Shown in pieces: positions 36,929-48,140 of a stretch of 48,140 bases of DNA (the first letter of the stretch is position 1; each line of letters starts with the position of its first letter). Where the stretch lies: contig NC_069007.1 of assembly GCF_001194135.2 (NCBI RefSeq), positions 10,944,871 to 10,993,010 of the forward strand. Reading direction: 5' to 3'. The notes under the pieces are model-generated. The model saw only the letters and a program-made list of their open reading frames with translations, was not told where the DNA came from and searched no databases. Source of the stretch: Octopus bimaculoides. Lineage: Eukaryota. The position numbers and the translations under genes are program-made.

Positions 36929-37130
36929 AGTTAAGTGAACAACTAGAATACCCACTGTTAGGGACAATGAGGATCCCTTTATTTTCTGGATCAGGGCTGA
37001 CCTAGGGTAAACAACAAAACAACAATGGCAACAACAACCACAAATTAAAGGAGAAGATTTCATTTATTCAGTTTCATTTATAAAAATGCAACAATGTCAG
37101 AAAAATATGAAATATTTTGAACAAAATAGA

Positions 37131-37289
37131 CACAGGTATGGCTGCATGGTAAGAATCTTGACTCCCAAGCACATGGTTCTGGGTTCAGTCCCACTGCATG
37201 GCACCTTGGGCAAGTGTCTTCTACTATAGCCTCGGGCTGATCAAAGCCTTGTGAGTGGATTGGGCAGATGAAAACTGAAAGAAGCCTGT

Positions 37290-37331
<42 letters not shown>

Positions 37332-37350
37332 TAGATATATATGTATATAT
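37131..37350 (+). mobile_element. SINE family A 5' half plus (TA)n
   Basis: TGGCTGCATGGT (A-box-like), GGGTTCAGTCCC (B-box-like), GCACCTTGGGCAAGTGTCTTCTACTATAGCC. Confidence 0.88.
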
Positions 37351-37645
37351 ATCAGGTCATCCCATAAGTTCTGTCCAAATTTTAAATAAAGAAAACAAAT
37401 GATCAAAAGCTATATTTAATTGAAATTCAATCATCAAAGTAGCATTAAGGTTGGTATTATTGAGTCAGGTAGGGTTTCTAAAGGTTGTATTATTGCAATT
37501 AGGTGGGTTTGGGTGGGGTTCAGCAGGATAGATCACTTAGGCACTGTGATACTAATAATCTGGTGTTAGAACTTAATATACACAGGCTGCAGAATGAAGT
37601 GCCGGTCAAGTACAGAGCAGTAAGAAGAAATTATAATGACAAAAA

Positions 37646-37973
37646 AATAAACCTATTGTGAACTTCATTAACTTACAGCTGTTTCTGCTACAAGATGCAA
37701 GGCACTCATTATTGAATACTTGTGTATGACTCTAAAGCTTCATTGGATCTTCAAAAATGAAATGCAATTTTATTTCAGAAAACATTTACGTTTACATATG
37801 TATGCAGAAAAGTATTATCGATGGAAAAGGCAGTTTTCCCAAATAAAGTTGCATTTCATGTTTGAAGTTCTAATGAGGCTATAGAGTGATACTCAAGCAT
37901 TCAACTATGAATGCATTGCATTTTATAAAATAAACAGCTGTAAGCTGATGAGTTCTTACCATAATTGTTTATT
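37646..37973. mobile_element. Fold-back MITE, arms of about 130 bp
   Basis: 37646-37775 is the reverse complement of 37841-37973 (CTTACAGCTGTTT..TGAAATGCAA(T/C)TTTATTT). Confidence 0.75.
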
Positions 37974-37989
37974 CCTCTTTTGTTATCCC

Positions 37990-38023
<34 letters not shown>

Positions 38024-38228
38024 CAACTCACAATAATGACTTTCATTACCTTTATTCCTACCTCAGTTCATCTAATTGTATATATCTATCATTACTTTTC
38101 ATAAAAAGCCTTTACTTTTTTTGATTTCCAAAGTGCATTTTCGCTTATTTTTCTGTTTACTTTCCCCTTACATTTCCACATGTAGTTTCTATTTTGTTTT
38201 TGTAACATATTTCTATTATATATATATA

Positions 38229-38263
<35 letters not shown>

Positions 38264-38327
38264 TCGCCACGTTGGACCACTGAACTCAACACGTTTTTTC
38301 CATTCTCTCTGTTTATTTCCTCGTATT

Positions 38328-38365
38328 ACTTTCTATTGAAGAGCATAGGCTCGAAACGTAAAAGT
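38328..38365 (+). ncRNA. Degenerate minimal type I hammerhead-ribozyme motif (probably Penelope-derived)
   Basis: ACTTT-CTATTGA-A-GAGC(ATAG)GCTC-GAAA-CG-TA-AAAGT: stem I, a core with 2 mismatches to CTGANGA, stem II, palindromic ACGT and a GUA site. Confidence 0.55.
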
Positions 38366-39099
38366 TTGACACTCATTTTCCTGAGTGTCAAGCTAACACA
38401 CTTGCTTGTTGTTCATACACCTGTCTTCATCTTTGGTTTCTCTATAAATTTCAACTATATATATATGAGGAACCAATAAAGTAGAGACTAGAGCCCAGTA
38501 AAATTAATCCATAGAATAGAAAACAAGTAATGGCAACTAGAATCAGAGCTAAACAGAAAAGGTGTACACAGTGGAATAAATGATTTTTTTTTCCCATGAG
38601 ACAGTAATAATTAATTTCACTTTTGTATATAAGAGAAGAATAAAAGGGTTTAGATTATAAGGAAAAAGCAGTAAAGATTAAACAAAACAAAAAAATGATA
38701 GGGTAAAAAATAAAAAAAATCTCAGTGAAACTAAGAAATTAATGAGTAAAGAAAAAAGAATTGTGACTAAATCCGTTGCATATTTCCCTGGTCAGTTTCA
38801 CTGTATTCTGCAAGATTGGACAAAGAGCTATGAAACATTGACTGATTAACATGAAACTGTAGAAAGATAAAGCTCAGGATGGTGGAGGGAAAAGTTGAGG
38901 GAGAAACAAAACAGAAGTGGAAAAGGGAAAAAATAGAACATAAAAGCAATGATAAAAAAAAGGGAAAAAGCTGGGAAAAAAGAAAAAATTATTAATGAAA
39001 ATAAGTTGGAGAAAAGTCTTTCTGTTATGTCTATCGTGAGTTTATTGCAAGAATGGACAGAGAGAAGAGAGAGAGAATATTGATAATAGAGTGGACAAC

Positions 39100-39180
39100 A
39101 ATGGCTCAAAGTATCTGGACTAATGACAGAAAATGAAGATCTGGATTTAGCTATCAAAAGATCAATGCCTGATCACAGAA
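39100..39180 (+). mobile_element. Short R4/Dong post-RT fragment before an (ACC)n run
   Basis: QQWLKVSGLMTENEDLDLAIK resembles the motif at 28270-28395. Confidence 0.5.
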
Positions 39181-40784
39181 CCACCACCACGACGACCACC
39201 TCCACCACCACTACCATCACCACTACCATCACTACCACCACCACCACCACCACCACCACCACTACCATCACCACCACCACCANNNNNNNNNNNNNNNNNN
39301 NNNNNNNNNNNNNNNNNNNNNNNNNNNNNNNNNNNNNNNNNNNNNNNNNNNNNNNNNNNNNNNNNNNNNNNNNNNNNNNNNNNNNNNNNNNNNNNNNNNN
39401 NNNNNNNNNNNNNNNNNNNNNNNNNNNNNNNNNNNNNNNNNNNNNNNNNNNNNNNNNNNNNNNNNNNNNNNNNNNNNNNNNNNNNNNNNNNNNNNNNNNN
39501 NNNNNNNNNNNNNNNNNNNNNNNNNNNNNNNNNNNNNNNNNNNNNNNNNNNNNNNNNNNNNNNNNNNNNNNNNNNNNNNNNNNNNNNNNNNNNNNNNNNN
39601 NNNNNNNNNNNNNNNNNNNNNNNNNNNNNNNNNNNNNNNNNNNNNNNNNNNNNNNNNNNNNNNNNNNNNNNNNNNNNNNNNNNNNNNNNNNNNNNNNNNN
39701 NNNNNNNNNNNNNNNNNNNNNNNNNNNNNNNNNNNNNNNNNNNNNNNNNNNNNNNNNNNNNNNNNNNNNNNNNNNNNNNNNNNNNNNNNNNNNNNNNNNN
39801 NNNNNNNNNNNNNNNNNNNNNNNNNNNNNNNNNNNNNNNNNNNNNNNNNNNNNNNNNNNNNNNNNNNNNNNNNNNNNNNNNNNNNNNNNNNNNNNNNNNN
39901 NNNNNNNNNNNNNNNNNNNNNNNNNNNNNNNNNNNNNNNNNNNNNNNNNNNNNNNNNNNNNNNNNNNNNNNNNNNNNNNNNNNNNNNNNNNNNNNNNNNN
40001 NNNNNNNNNNNNNNNNNNNNNNNNNNNNNNNNNNNNNNNNNNNNNNNNNNNNNNNNNNNNNNNNNNNNNNNNNNNNNNNNAACATGTTTAAAGCCTCCTC
40101 CTCCTTCTCCTCCTCCTCCTTCTCCTCCTCCTCCTCCTCCTCATCTTTTTCTTCTTCTCCTCCTCTCCCCACCACCTGATGTTTTTCTTTCAATTCTGTT
40201 TTCATTCGTTCACTAGTTTCAGTTACTAGACTCTGGCCATGCTATGGCAAGCGCCCCTTCAAACGCTCAAGTGACGCTTGTGCATGCACAATGGATGAAA
40301 CCAACAGAAGATATGAGATGAAGTTGTGAAAATTGATCTCAAGATACTTGAACCTCAAGGAACGAATTGACAACAAACCCTGACCTCGTTGAAGGAAACC
40401 GCATTCCCCACACATTGAGCAGAACATTTTTTAATTGCCTTTTCGGGGACACAAAGAAAATCTATTCACTTTTCAAGAGACAGCATTATCTCATTTTCCT
40501 CATAGCCCTGGCTTCAATAAAACTGTCAGATACAAAGAAAAATGTTCATGGTATATTTCCCCTACATTCTTTGTTTTGTTTACAGAATATGCCATACTTA
40601 AAATGTCTCTCTGGTTGGTAAGCAATATTTGCAAAGCTATTTACTTTATTGTATGCACTGTTCATATTTTGGTTATCTCTGATATCTATGTTTATATTAT
40701 GCATATATTTGTTTCTCTATATTTTCTGAAATATCTTTGTCTGCAATTCTTGTATTATCAATTCTTGCATTCTTTTATTTGTTT

Positions 40785-40977
40785 ATTCTTTTATTTGTTT
40801 CAGTCTTTTGACTGCGGTCATGCTGGAACACCACTTTTAGTCGAACAAATTGACTCCAGGGCTTTGTAAGCCTAGTACTTATTCTATCAGTTTCTTTTGC
40901 TAAATGGCTAAGTTACAGGGACATAAACACGCCAACATCAGTTGTCAAGTGATGGTAGCGGGGACAAACATACACAC

Positions 40978-41068
<91 letters not shown>

Positions 41069-41148
41069 CACATGCATATATACATATACATATGATGGGC
41101 TTCTTTCAGTTTCCATCTACCAAATCCACTCATAAGGCTTTGGTCGGC
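40785..41148 (-). mobile_element. SINE family A (head runs into gap)
   Basis: 3' hairpin, body, (TA)(TG) slot and 5' domain. Confidence 0.9.
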
Positions 41149-41958
41149 NNNNNNNNNNNNNNNNNNNNNNNNNNNNNNNNNNNNNNNNNNNNNNNNNNNN
41201 NNNNNNNNNNNNNNNNNNNNNNNNNNNNNNNNNNNNNNNNNNNNNNNNNNNNNNNNNNNNNNNNNNNNNNNNNNNNNNNNNNNNNNNNNNNNNNNNNNNN
41301 NNNNNNNNNNNNNNNNNNNNNNNNNNNNNNNNNNNNNNNNNNNNNNNNNNNNNNNNNNNNNNNNNNNNNNNNNNNNNNNNNNNNNNNNNNNNNNNNNNNN
41401 NNNNNNNNNNNNNNNNNNNNNNNNNNNNNNNNNNNNNNNNNNNNNNNNNNNNNNNNNNNNNNNNNNNNNNNNNNNNNNNNNNNNNNNNNNNNNNNNNNNN
41501 NNNNNNNNNNNNNNNNNNNNNNNNNNNNNNNNNNNNNNNNNNNNNNNNNNNNNNNNNNNNNNNNNNNNNNNNNNNNNNNNNNNNNNNNNNNNNNNNNNNN
41601 NNNNNNNNNNNNNNNNNNNNNNNNNNNNNNNNNNNNNNNNNNNNNNNNNNNNNNNNNNNNNNNNNNNNNNNNNNNNNNNNNNNNNNNNNNNNNNNNNNNN
41701 NNNNNNNNNNNNNNNNNNNNNNNNNNNNNNNNNNNNNNNNNNNNNNNNNNNNNNNNNNNNNNNNNNNNNNNNNNNNNNNNNNNNNNNNNNNNNNNNNNNN
41801 NNNNNNNNNNNNNNNNNNNNNNNNNNNNNNNNNNNNNNNNNNNNNNNNNNNNNNNNNNNNNNNNNNNNNNNNNNNNNNNNNNNNNNNNNNNNNNNNNNNN
41901 NNNNNNNNNNNNNNNNNNNNNNNNNNNNNNNNNNNNNNNNNNNNNNNNNNNNNNNNNN

Positions 41959-42238
41959 ACTACACTCTCGGAGTGGTTAGCGTTAGGAAGGGCATCCAGC
42001 TGTAGAAACTCTGCCAAATCAGAGCCTGGTGTAGCCATCTGGTTTCACCAGTCCTCAGTCAAATCGTCCAACCCATGCTAGCATGGAAAGCAGATGTTAA
42101 ATGATGATACAACGGGCTTCTTTCAGTTTCCGTCTACCAAATCCACTCACAAGGCTTTAGTCGGCCCAAAGCTATAGTAGAAGACACTTGCCCAAGGCAC
42201 CACGCAGTGGGACTGAACCCAGAACCATGTGGTTGGTA
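41959..42238. mobile_element. SINE D 3' part (+, 41959-42108) abutting SINE A 5' half (-, 42109-42238)
   Basis: ..GTTAAATGATGATAC|AACGGGCTTCTTTCAGTTTCCG.. Confidence 0.85.
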
Positions 42239-42696
42239 TCTATGTTTACATTATGCATATATTTGCTTCTCTATATTTTCTGAAATATCTTTGTCTGCAT
42301 TTATTTTCTTAATTGTGTCTATTTGTTTAACTGGCATCATGTTTCTTCTCTGTTTACCTTGGTTCTTTACATTATGTGATTTTATTTTCACAATTCAAAA
42401 CAATCTTTGGAGGCACGTTTCCTCCTACCACCTTCATGCTTAGCATCTCTAACCACTAGCACAGATGAAGAGGAAGCAATCTTTAAAAATTAGATAATGA
42501 AAAACATTTTATAATTAGATAAATGCCTAAAAGACATTTCTTCTGTTTCCCATGAAGTAATGAGCCAGGCATATAAAGATTCCAGAAGTTTTTGTAAATA
42601 ATTCAAAAAGAAATATTTTCATTGAATAAATTTCGGTAAAATCTAAAAACACTACGAGAGTAAAGCAAATTATGTCTGACTGTCTCACCATAATAC

Positions 42697-42697
<1 letters not shown>

Positions 42698-42756
<59 letters not shown>

Positions 42757-42792
42757 GATGACGTTGATGACGACCATGATGACGACGATGAT
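42698..42792. repeat. (GAT)n microsatellite
   Basis: Directly visible. Confidence 0.97.
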
Positions 42793-43377
42793 AATTTCCC
42801 AAAGTGTTTTTCATGTTTAAGTATTTAGATATAATTTACATCATCCACCCATCTACTTCCCCATCTTCCTCTGGCAACTTCTGTTCTTTTTTTCAAGTGT
42901 TTGCTTTGATAATATTTCAGAATATTATGGTTCTTGAGAGCAATGAGATGCAGTAATGGTGGAATGCCAGACTACACATCTTACTAAAAGTGCAATCATT
43001 GAGGAGTATGTAATGCTTCATTCCAATACAGGCAGGTGGGTTGGTGGCATGAAGGAGTAGGAAGGCTATTTTGAATTCTTTGAATTTAATGATTTTTGTT
43101 TAAATTTCAAAAGGTAACCTTATTTCATTTTATTAGTATCTTTTTTTTAGATATCAAATTTTGCAACTGGTTACAGGTCTTCCAGCCAATCAATCATTGA
43201 TTCATTGCATTTAGGATGATCAGAGTGACAAGAAAACATCTGTGAAACACTTCATAAAAAGAAAATAACACAAGGTATGTCAATTTGAAAGCACCTGTTT
43301 GTTGCTTGATTAATTCTCACCAAAGTTTAAATCACCTGATGATATACAACGAGAAATACAATATATATATATTCTGC

Positions 43378-43762
43378 TATTCTTTTAATTGTTTCAGTCA
43401 TTTGACTGCGGCCATGCTGGAGCACTGCCTTTAGTCAAGCAAATCGACCCCAGGACTTATTCCTTGTAAGCCTAGTACTTATTCTATCGGTCTCTATTGC
43501 CAAACCGCTAAGTTACGGGGACGTAAACACACCCAGCATGGGTTGTCAAGCGATGTTGGGGGGATAAACATAGACACACATACACACACACACATATTTA
43601 TATATATGTACATATATACAACGGGCTTCTTTCAGTTTCCGTCTACCAAATCCACTTACAAGGCTTTGGTCGACCCGAGGCTATACTAGAAGACACTTGC
43701 GCAAGGTGCCACGCAGTGGGAATGGACCTGGAACCATGTGGCTGGTAAGCAAGCTACTTACC
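43378..43762 (-). mobile_element. SINE family A, near full length
   Basis: High similarity to 16545-16954. Confidence 0.9.
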
Positions 43763-43825
43763 NNNNNNNNNNNNNNNNNNNNNNNNNNNNNNNNNNNNNN
43801 NNNNNNNNNNNNNNNNNNNNNNNNN

Positions 43826-44132
43826 GTGTTTATTGAGTGAAAACACCTAAAGTTCCACGAGGCTCCGGCAGGGGATGGTGGCGAACCCTGCTGTACTCTT
43901 CCACCACAACTTTCTCTCACTCTTTCTTCCTGTTTCTGTTGTACCTGTATTTCAAAGGGCCAGCCTTGTCATAGTGTGTCACGCTGAATATCCCCGAGAA
44001 CTACGTTAAGGGTACACGTGTCTGTGGATTGCTCAGCTACTTGCACGTTAATTTCTCAAGCAGGCTGTTCCGTTGATCGGATCGACTGGAACCTTCGACG
44101 TCGTAAGCGATGGAGTGCCAACAACAACAACA
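43826..44132 (+). mobile_element. SINE family C (head in gap), (AAC)n tail
   Basis: Body matches the reverse complement of 34905-35200. Confidence 0.85.
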
Positions 44133-44158
44133 ATATATATATATACATATATATATAT

Positions 44159-44503
44159 CCAAAATTAGGGAATGGTGTCAATAAAATCTAGGTTATATAT
44201 GTTTCATAGCTAGCAGAACCTTGGATGTAGTAATTATCGAAATGAGAGGTAATCTGCTAGCTACTCATTGGGCCATAGATACCTTAATCAAAATAAGCTA
44301 ACATTGTCATCAAGGGATCGAATCTCTTGCAAGTCAAAATGGGATCTCTTGATGACAATATAAACTTCATTTGATAAAGTTATCTTTGTCCCAATGAGTA
44401 GCTAGTGGATTACTCTTCATTTGGATAACTACTACTTCCAAGGTTTTGCTAGTTATGAAACATATGTAGCTTGGATTTTATCGATTCTATTCCTTAATTT
44501 AGG
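44159..44503. mobile_element. Fold-back MITE, arms of about 160 bp with a 23-bp spacer
   Basis: 44159-44319 is the reverse complement of 44343-44503 (CTAGCTACTCATTGGG, ATTGTCATCAAG(G/A)GATC). Confidence 0.8.
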
Positions 44504-44523
44504 ATTTCTATTTGCATGCAGGC

Positions 44524-44712
44524 TGATGCTAGTGCTGCCTGACTAGCACTCATGCTGGTGGCACTTAAAAAGCACCATCCGAGCGTGGCCAATGTCAGTG
44601 CCACCTGACTGACACCCATGCTGGTGGCATGTAAAAAGCACCATTTGAACGTGGATGATGCCAGTGCTGCTTGACTGACACCTGTGTGGGTGGCCTGTAA
44701 AAAGCATCATTC
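44524..44712. repeat. 66-bp tandem repeat, about 3 units
   Basis: Units start at 44524, 44590 and 44656 (..GTGC..CCTGACT..GGTGGC..TAAAAAGCACCAT..). Confidence 0.9.
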
Positions 44713-44729
44713 ATATATATGTACTGGAC

Positions 44730-45015
44730 CCCAATGGTTACAACGATGAGGATTCCAGTTGATCCAATCAACGGAACAGCACACTAAAGAAATTAATGTG
44801 TAAGTGGTTGACTACTTCACGCAGTTCTAAGGGAGTTTCGGTGTGACACAAAATGTAACAAAGCTGGCCCTTTTGAAATACAGGCACTTCAGATTTTTGC
44901 CAGCTGAGTGAAGTGGAGCAACATGAAATAAAGTGCCTTCCTCAAGGATACAATGGGCTGTAGGGAACCAAACTCATAAGCTAAATGCCCTAACCACAAA
45001 ACCATGTGCCTTCAC
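44730..45015 (-). mobile_element. SINE with family C 3' half and a different head
   Basis: 44730-44880 matches the C 3' half; 44885-45015 (GCTGAGTGAAGTGGAGCAACATGAAATAAAGTG..CAAGGA) is unrelated to the C head. Confidence 0.65.
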
Positions 45016-45365
45016 TTACATGTACATATATATCCAGCCATTCATACACGCACACACAAACTAATGTACACACACATGCACACACAAGTGTGTGTGCATT
45101 TGTTTGTAAGAGAGTATTCTTTAACAAGAAGTAAATTGTAAATTTTCCATATTTTCTTTATTTGGTATCTTTCAGGTCCATTCTTTCCGATTGTGTAATT
45201 CACAGACATAAAGTCATAGTACCAACGAACAGTTGAATCACAGTGTGTTATCAGTAATTAAGTATCTCACTTAGGTGAACTGAAATTCTATAGCCTAATG
45301 TAATGAGCATCTTTCTACTACACACACGTAGACACATTTATATGTATATATGGATGTATGTATAC

Positions 45366-45402
<37 letters not shown>

Positions 45403-46009
45403 TATGTATATACATACGTATTAGCAGGAGAAAATGTAGCCTCACCTCACTCCCATCCCCTGACTTTACTTGAATGCTAAATGAGAGATATTCAACTTCT
45501 GTATGCACAAGAGAAAATTTATCTACCAACAGTGAACTCACTAACCCTAAAATCTGCCTATTTTTGTCCAAACTAAGGGTGATAATGCTTTTCAGAATTC
45601 TTGAAAGTTCTTTAGGCATTATCAAACTTCAGGAAATAAGGAAGTAAAGGAAGAGACAGATAAAGAACTGAGATTCACCATCCTTCAAGAATGAAACAAA
45701 TAATACACACAATTACATACATGTGTGGTGCCATGGACTTTCTAAAGAAGTTAAAATGACACAACAACTTTTGAGTTCAGAACATAAGCAACATGCAAAA
45801 TTTATTTATTTGTAGAAATAACAAACTTAAAAGGCGATACTATGAAGATTTGGGTGCTTTTATAGAACTAGATGTCCTTAAAAATGCTTACTAGTATATT
45901 TGGTTGCACTCCTAAATGATTTTAAGATTGGTTAGTAGGTAGGGCTGTGGAGCATCTACACTGAACCTACTCAGTAATTTTTCAGGTTTTGCATTCCGGC
46001 AAATAAGAA

Positions 46010-46072
<63 letters not shown>

Positions 46073-46100
46073 GCTACTACTACTAACAACAACAACAACA
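46010..46100. repeat. (TAC)n-(AAC)n microsatellite
   Basis: Directly visible. Confidence 0.97.
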
Positions 46101-46149
46101 AATTGATACTAATAAGGTTTAAGGGCTACAACACAAGTATTGCAGAACA

Positions 46150-46497
46150 GTTTTACGTTCTGATAGGGAATGGGGAAGAAATACCAGAGTGACAAATCAG
46201 TTCTATGCATGAAGGACTTGGCAAAAGGTAATGTTTTCCAGAACTACAGACCAATATCTTGTATACCTCTCATGTGGAAGTTGCAGACAGGAATAATCGC
46301 AGATAAGAATTACAAATACTTAGATGAAACCAATATTCTTCCGGAAGAGCAGAAAAGTGGTAAACAAAAATGCAGAGGCACCAAAGATCAGTTGCTAATT
46401 GATAAGACAGTACTAAAAGACTCAAAAGGAAGGAAGACTAATGTGGTGACACCATTGATCAATTATCATAACACATATGATTTGATCCCACACTCAT
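46150..46497 (+). pseudogene. R4/Dong LINE RT fragment
   Basis: [66 protein letters not shown]. Confidence 0.9.
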
Positions 46498-46996
46498 TCT
46501 GTTTCCATTTCTTGCTGAGTGTCTTTTTGACATCGAGGGCAGAGAAACGTACCGTATACATTGGTAGGCCATTAAAACAAACACATCAGATTGTTCATTA
46601 TCAGAGTCATGTGATAGAGAAAAGGAGGAAGACAGAGAGAAAAATGAAAAACTTATTATCATTATTATTATTATTATTATTATTATCATTATTATTAAGA
46701 GAATACACCTGTAGGAAAAAAAGGTAATGTAAAAGGAGAAAGGGCTCTATACCCCTTTCTTATTTTTTCTGACCAGGCTCCCGTGGTTTTATGGCTTTTT
46801 CCACGTGTAACCTTTTCTTTCTCGAAGCGCCTCCCCCCTATTGGGAGTTTTATTTGTTATATTTTTCTCCGTTTTTTCCTCTGTTTACACGAACGTCTTT
46901 CTACTTTTTGGACAAAACCCTATGTAACCTTCGTCCTGTCTTTGTCCTTACATGTTTTTGATTTATATTAGCCCTTGTGGCCAATAAAAAGAATTA

Positions 46997-47046
<50 letters not shown>

Positions 47047-47265
47047 GCGGTGGATTGGAAGAATCATCAGAGCATTGGATGAAATTACGTTGTATGTTTC
47101 TTTCAGTCAATGACTGTCCAAGTTCAAATCCCATCAAAGTCAATTTTGACTTTCATCTTTTCGGGTGGTGGTGGTGGTGGTGGTGTTGGGTCAATAAAAT
47201 AAAGTACCAGTCAAATACTGATGTCAATGTAATCAACAAACTCACTTCCGACAAAAAACTTAAAC
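47047..47265 (+). mobile_element. SINE family B, degraded, with internal (GGT)n
   Basis: AAGTTCAAATCCC..GACTTTCATCTTTTCGGG(GGT)n..GTCAATAAAATAAAGTACCAG..GTAATC. Confidence 0.7.
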
Positions 47266-47459
47266 CTGAATTTTAAAAAAAAGCAATGTCACCACCCGTA
47301 GTCATCATCACCATCAACATCATCATCATCATCATATGATATTTTTTTTCTGTCTCTACAGGAAGTCAAACCTCCTACATCCCTTATGTGTTTCAGCTTT
47401 GTCTTTGTAATATCCCCACCCCTCTGGTATTCCTCTGCCTTGCAGCAACAGAAGAAGCC

Positions 47460-47462
47460 GCT

Positions 47463-47520
<58 letters not shown>

Positions 47521-47760
47521 ACATCATCACACTGACTGTTATCATCCTCATCATGACAACATCATCATCATATTCATCATTATCATTGTTGTAATTATTA
47601 TTATTTCAGGTGTAGTTGTAACCGTTTTTTTTGTTTTTGTGTTGCTTTGTGATTTGTTAATATTTTTTGAAGTCTGTCTGTGTGTCATCGCTGTGAAGTT
47701 AAAACTGTTGATTGTTTGAATGGTTCTTTGATTGGATTGATTGTCTCATTAATGATTGTC

Positions 47761-47804
<44 letters not shown>

Positions 47805-47882
47805 GAGAGAGAGAGAGAAAAGGAGAGAGAGAGAGAAGGAGAAAAAGGAAGAAAAGGATGAAAGGGAAAGAAAGAGAGAGAG
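47460..47882. repeat. (ATC)n and (GA)n microsatellites
   Basis: Directly visible. Confidence 0.95.
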
Positions 47883-48140
47883 AAATTGCTTGGTGTTTGC
47901 GATGACAGATAGGTTTCGTGCAGAATGGAAAAGTTGCTGCTCCACTCAACTTCCAAACCGTTTCATTAACATCACTTTCACACACCACTACATACAATTA
48001 TTAGAAAAGAAAACATCAACTAAAATACAGAAAGGTGGCATTCTGGCAAAAAAAAAAAAAAAAATTGATGAATGCCTAAATAAATAAATTGACAAATAAA
48101 AACCTCAGATTCAAAGTGTGTGTGTGTGTGTGTGTGTGTG

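Noticed and set aside
37131-37200. tRNA gene (also the heads at 29016 and 35287)
   Set aside because: A/B-box-like motifs run into multi-copy SINE bodies; no full cloverleaf is evident.
43215-43274. 60-bp exon-like segment (TTTAG..AAG|GTATGT)
   Set aside because: Stops in all three frames; no supporting neighbouring exons.

Overview
AT-rich, repeat-saturated eukaryotic genomic DNA with nine assembly gaps. The repeat landscape looks like an octopus draft genome (inference, not proven). I find no intact protein-coding gene, rRNA, true tRNA or CRISPR array. Nearly all supplied ORFs are translations of microsatellites or N-runs. The window contains: (i) many copies of at least four short retroposon (SINE-like) families, called A-D here; (ii) decayed retrotransposon remnants (R4/Dong-type LINE pieces, an RTE LINE 3' end, a Penelope GIY-YIG domain, one probable LTR with PPT); (iii) decayed DNA transposons (two mariners, Helitron pieces, hAT, piggyBac-like and palindromic MITEs); (iv) abundant micro- and minisatellites. 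The most interesting signals are a degenerate minimal hammerhead-ribozyme motif at 38.3 kb and SINE-A 3' ends that share its hairpin-GAAAC..GUA half with compensatory changes. Also notable are a hAT MITE at the exact centre of a TTAA-flanked palindrome, several long fold-back structures, and serial insertions into (TAA)n arrays. All protein and family assignments come from manual translation and motif recognition, not database searches; coordinates of decayed elements are approximate.
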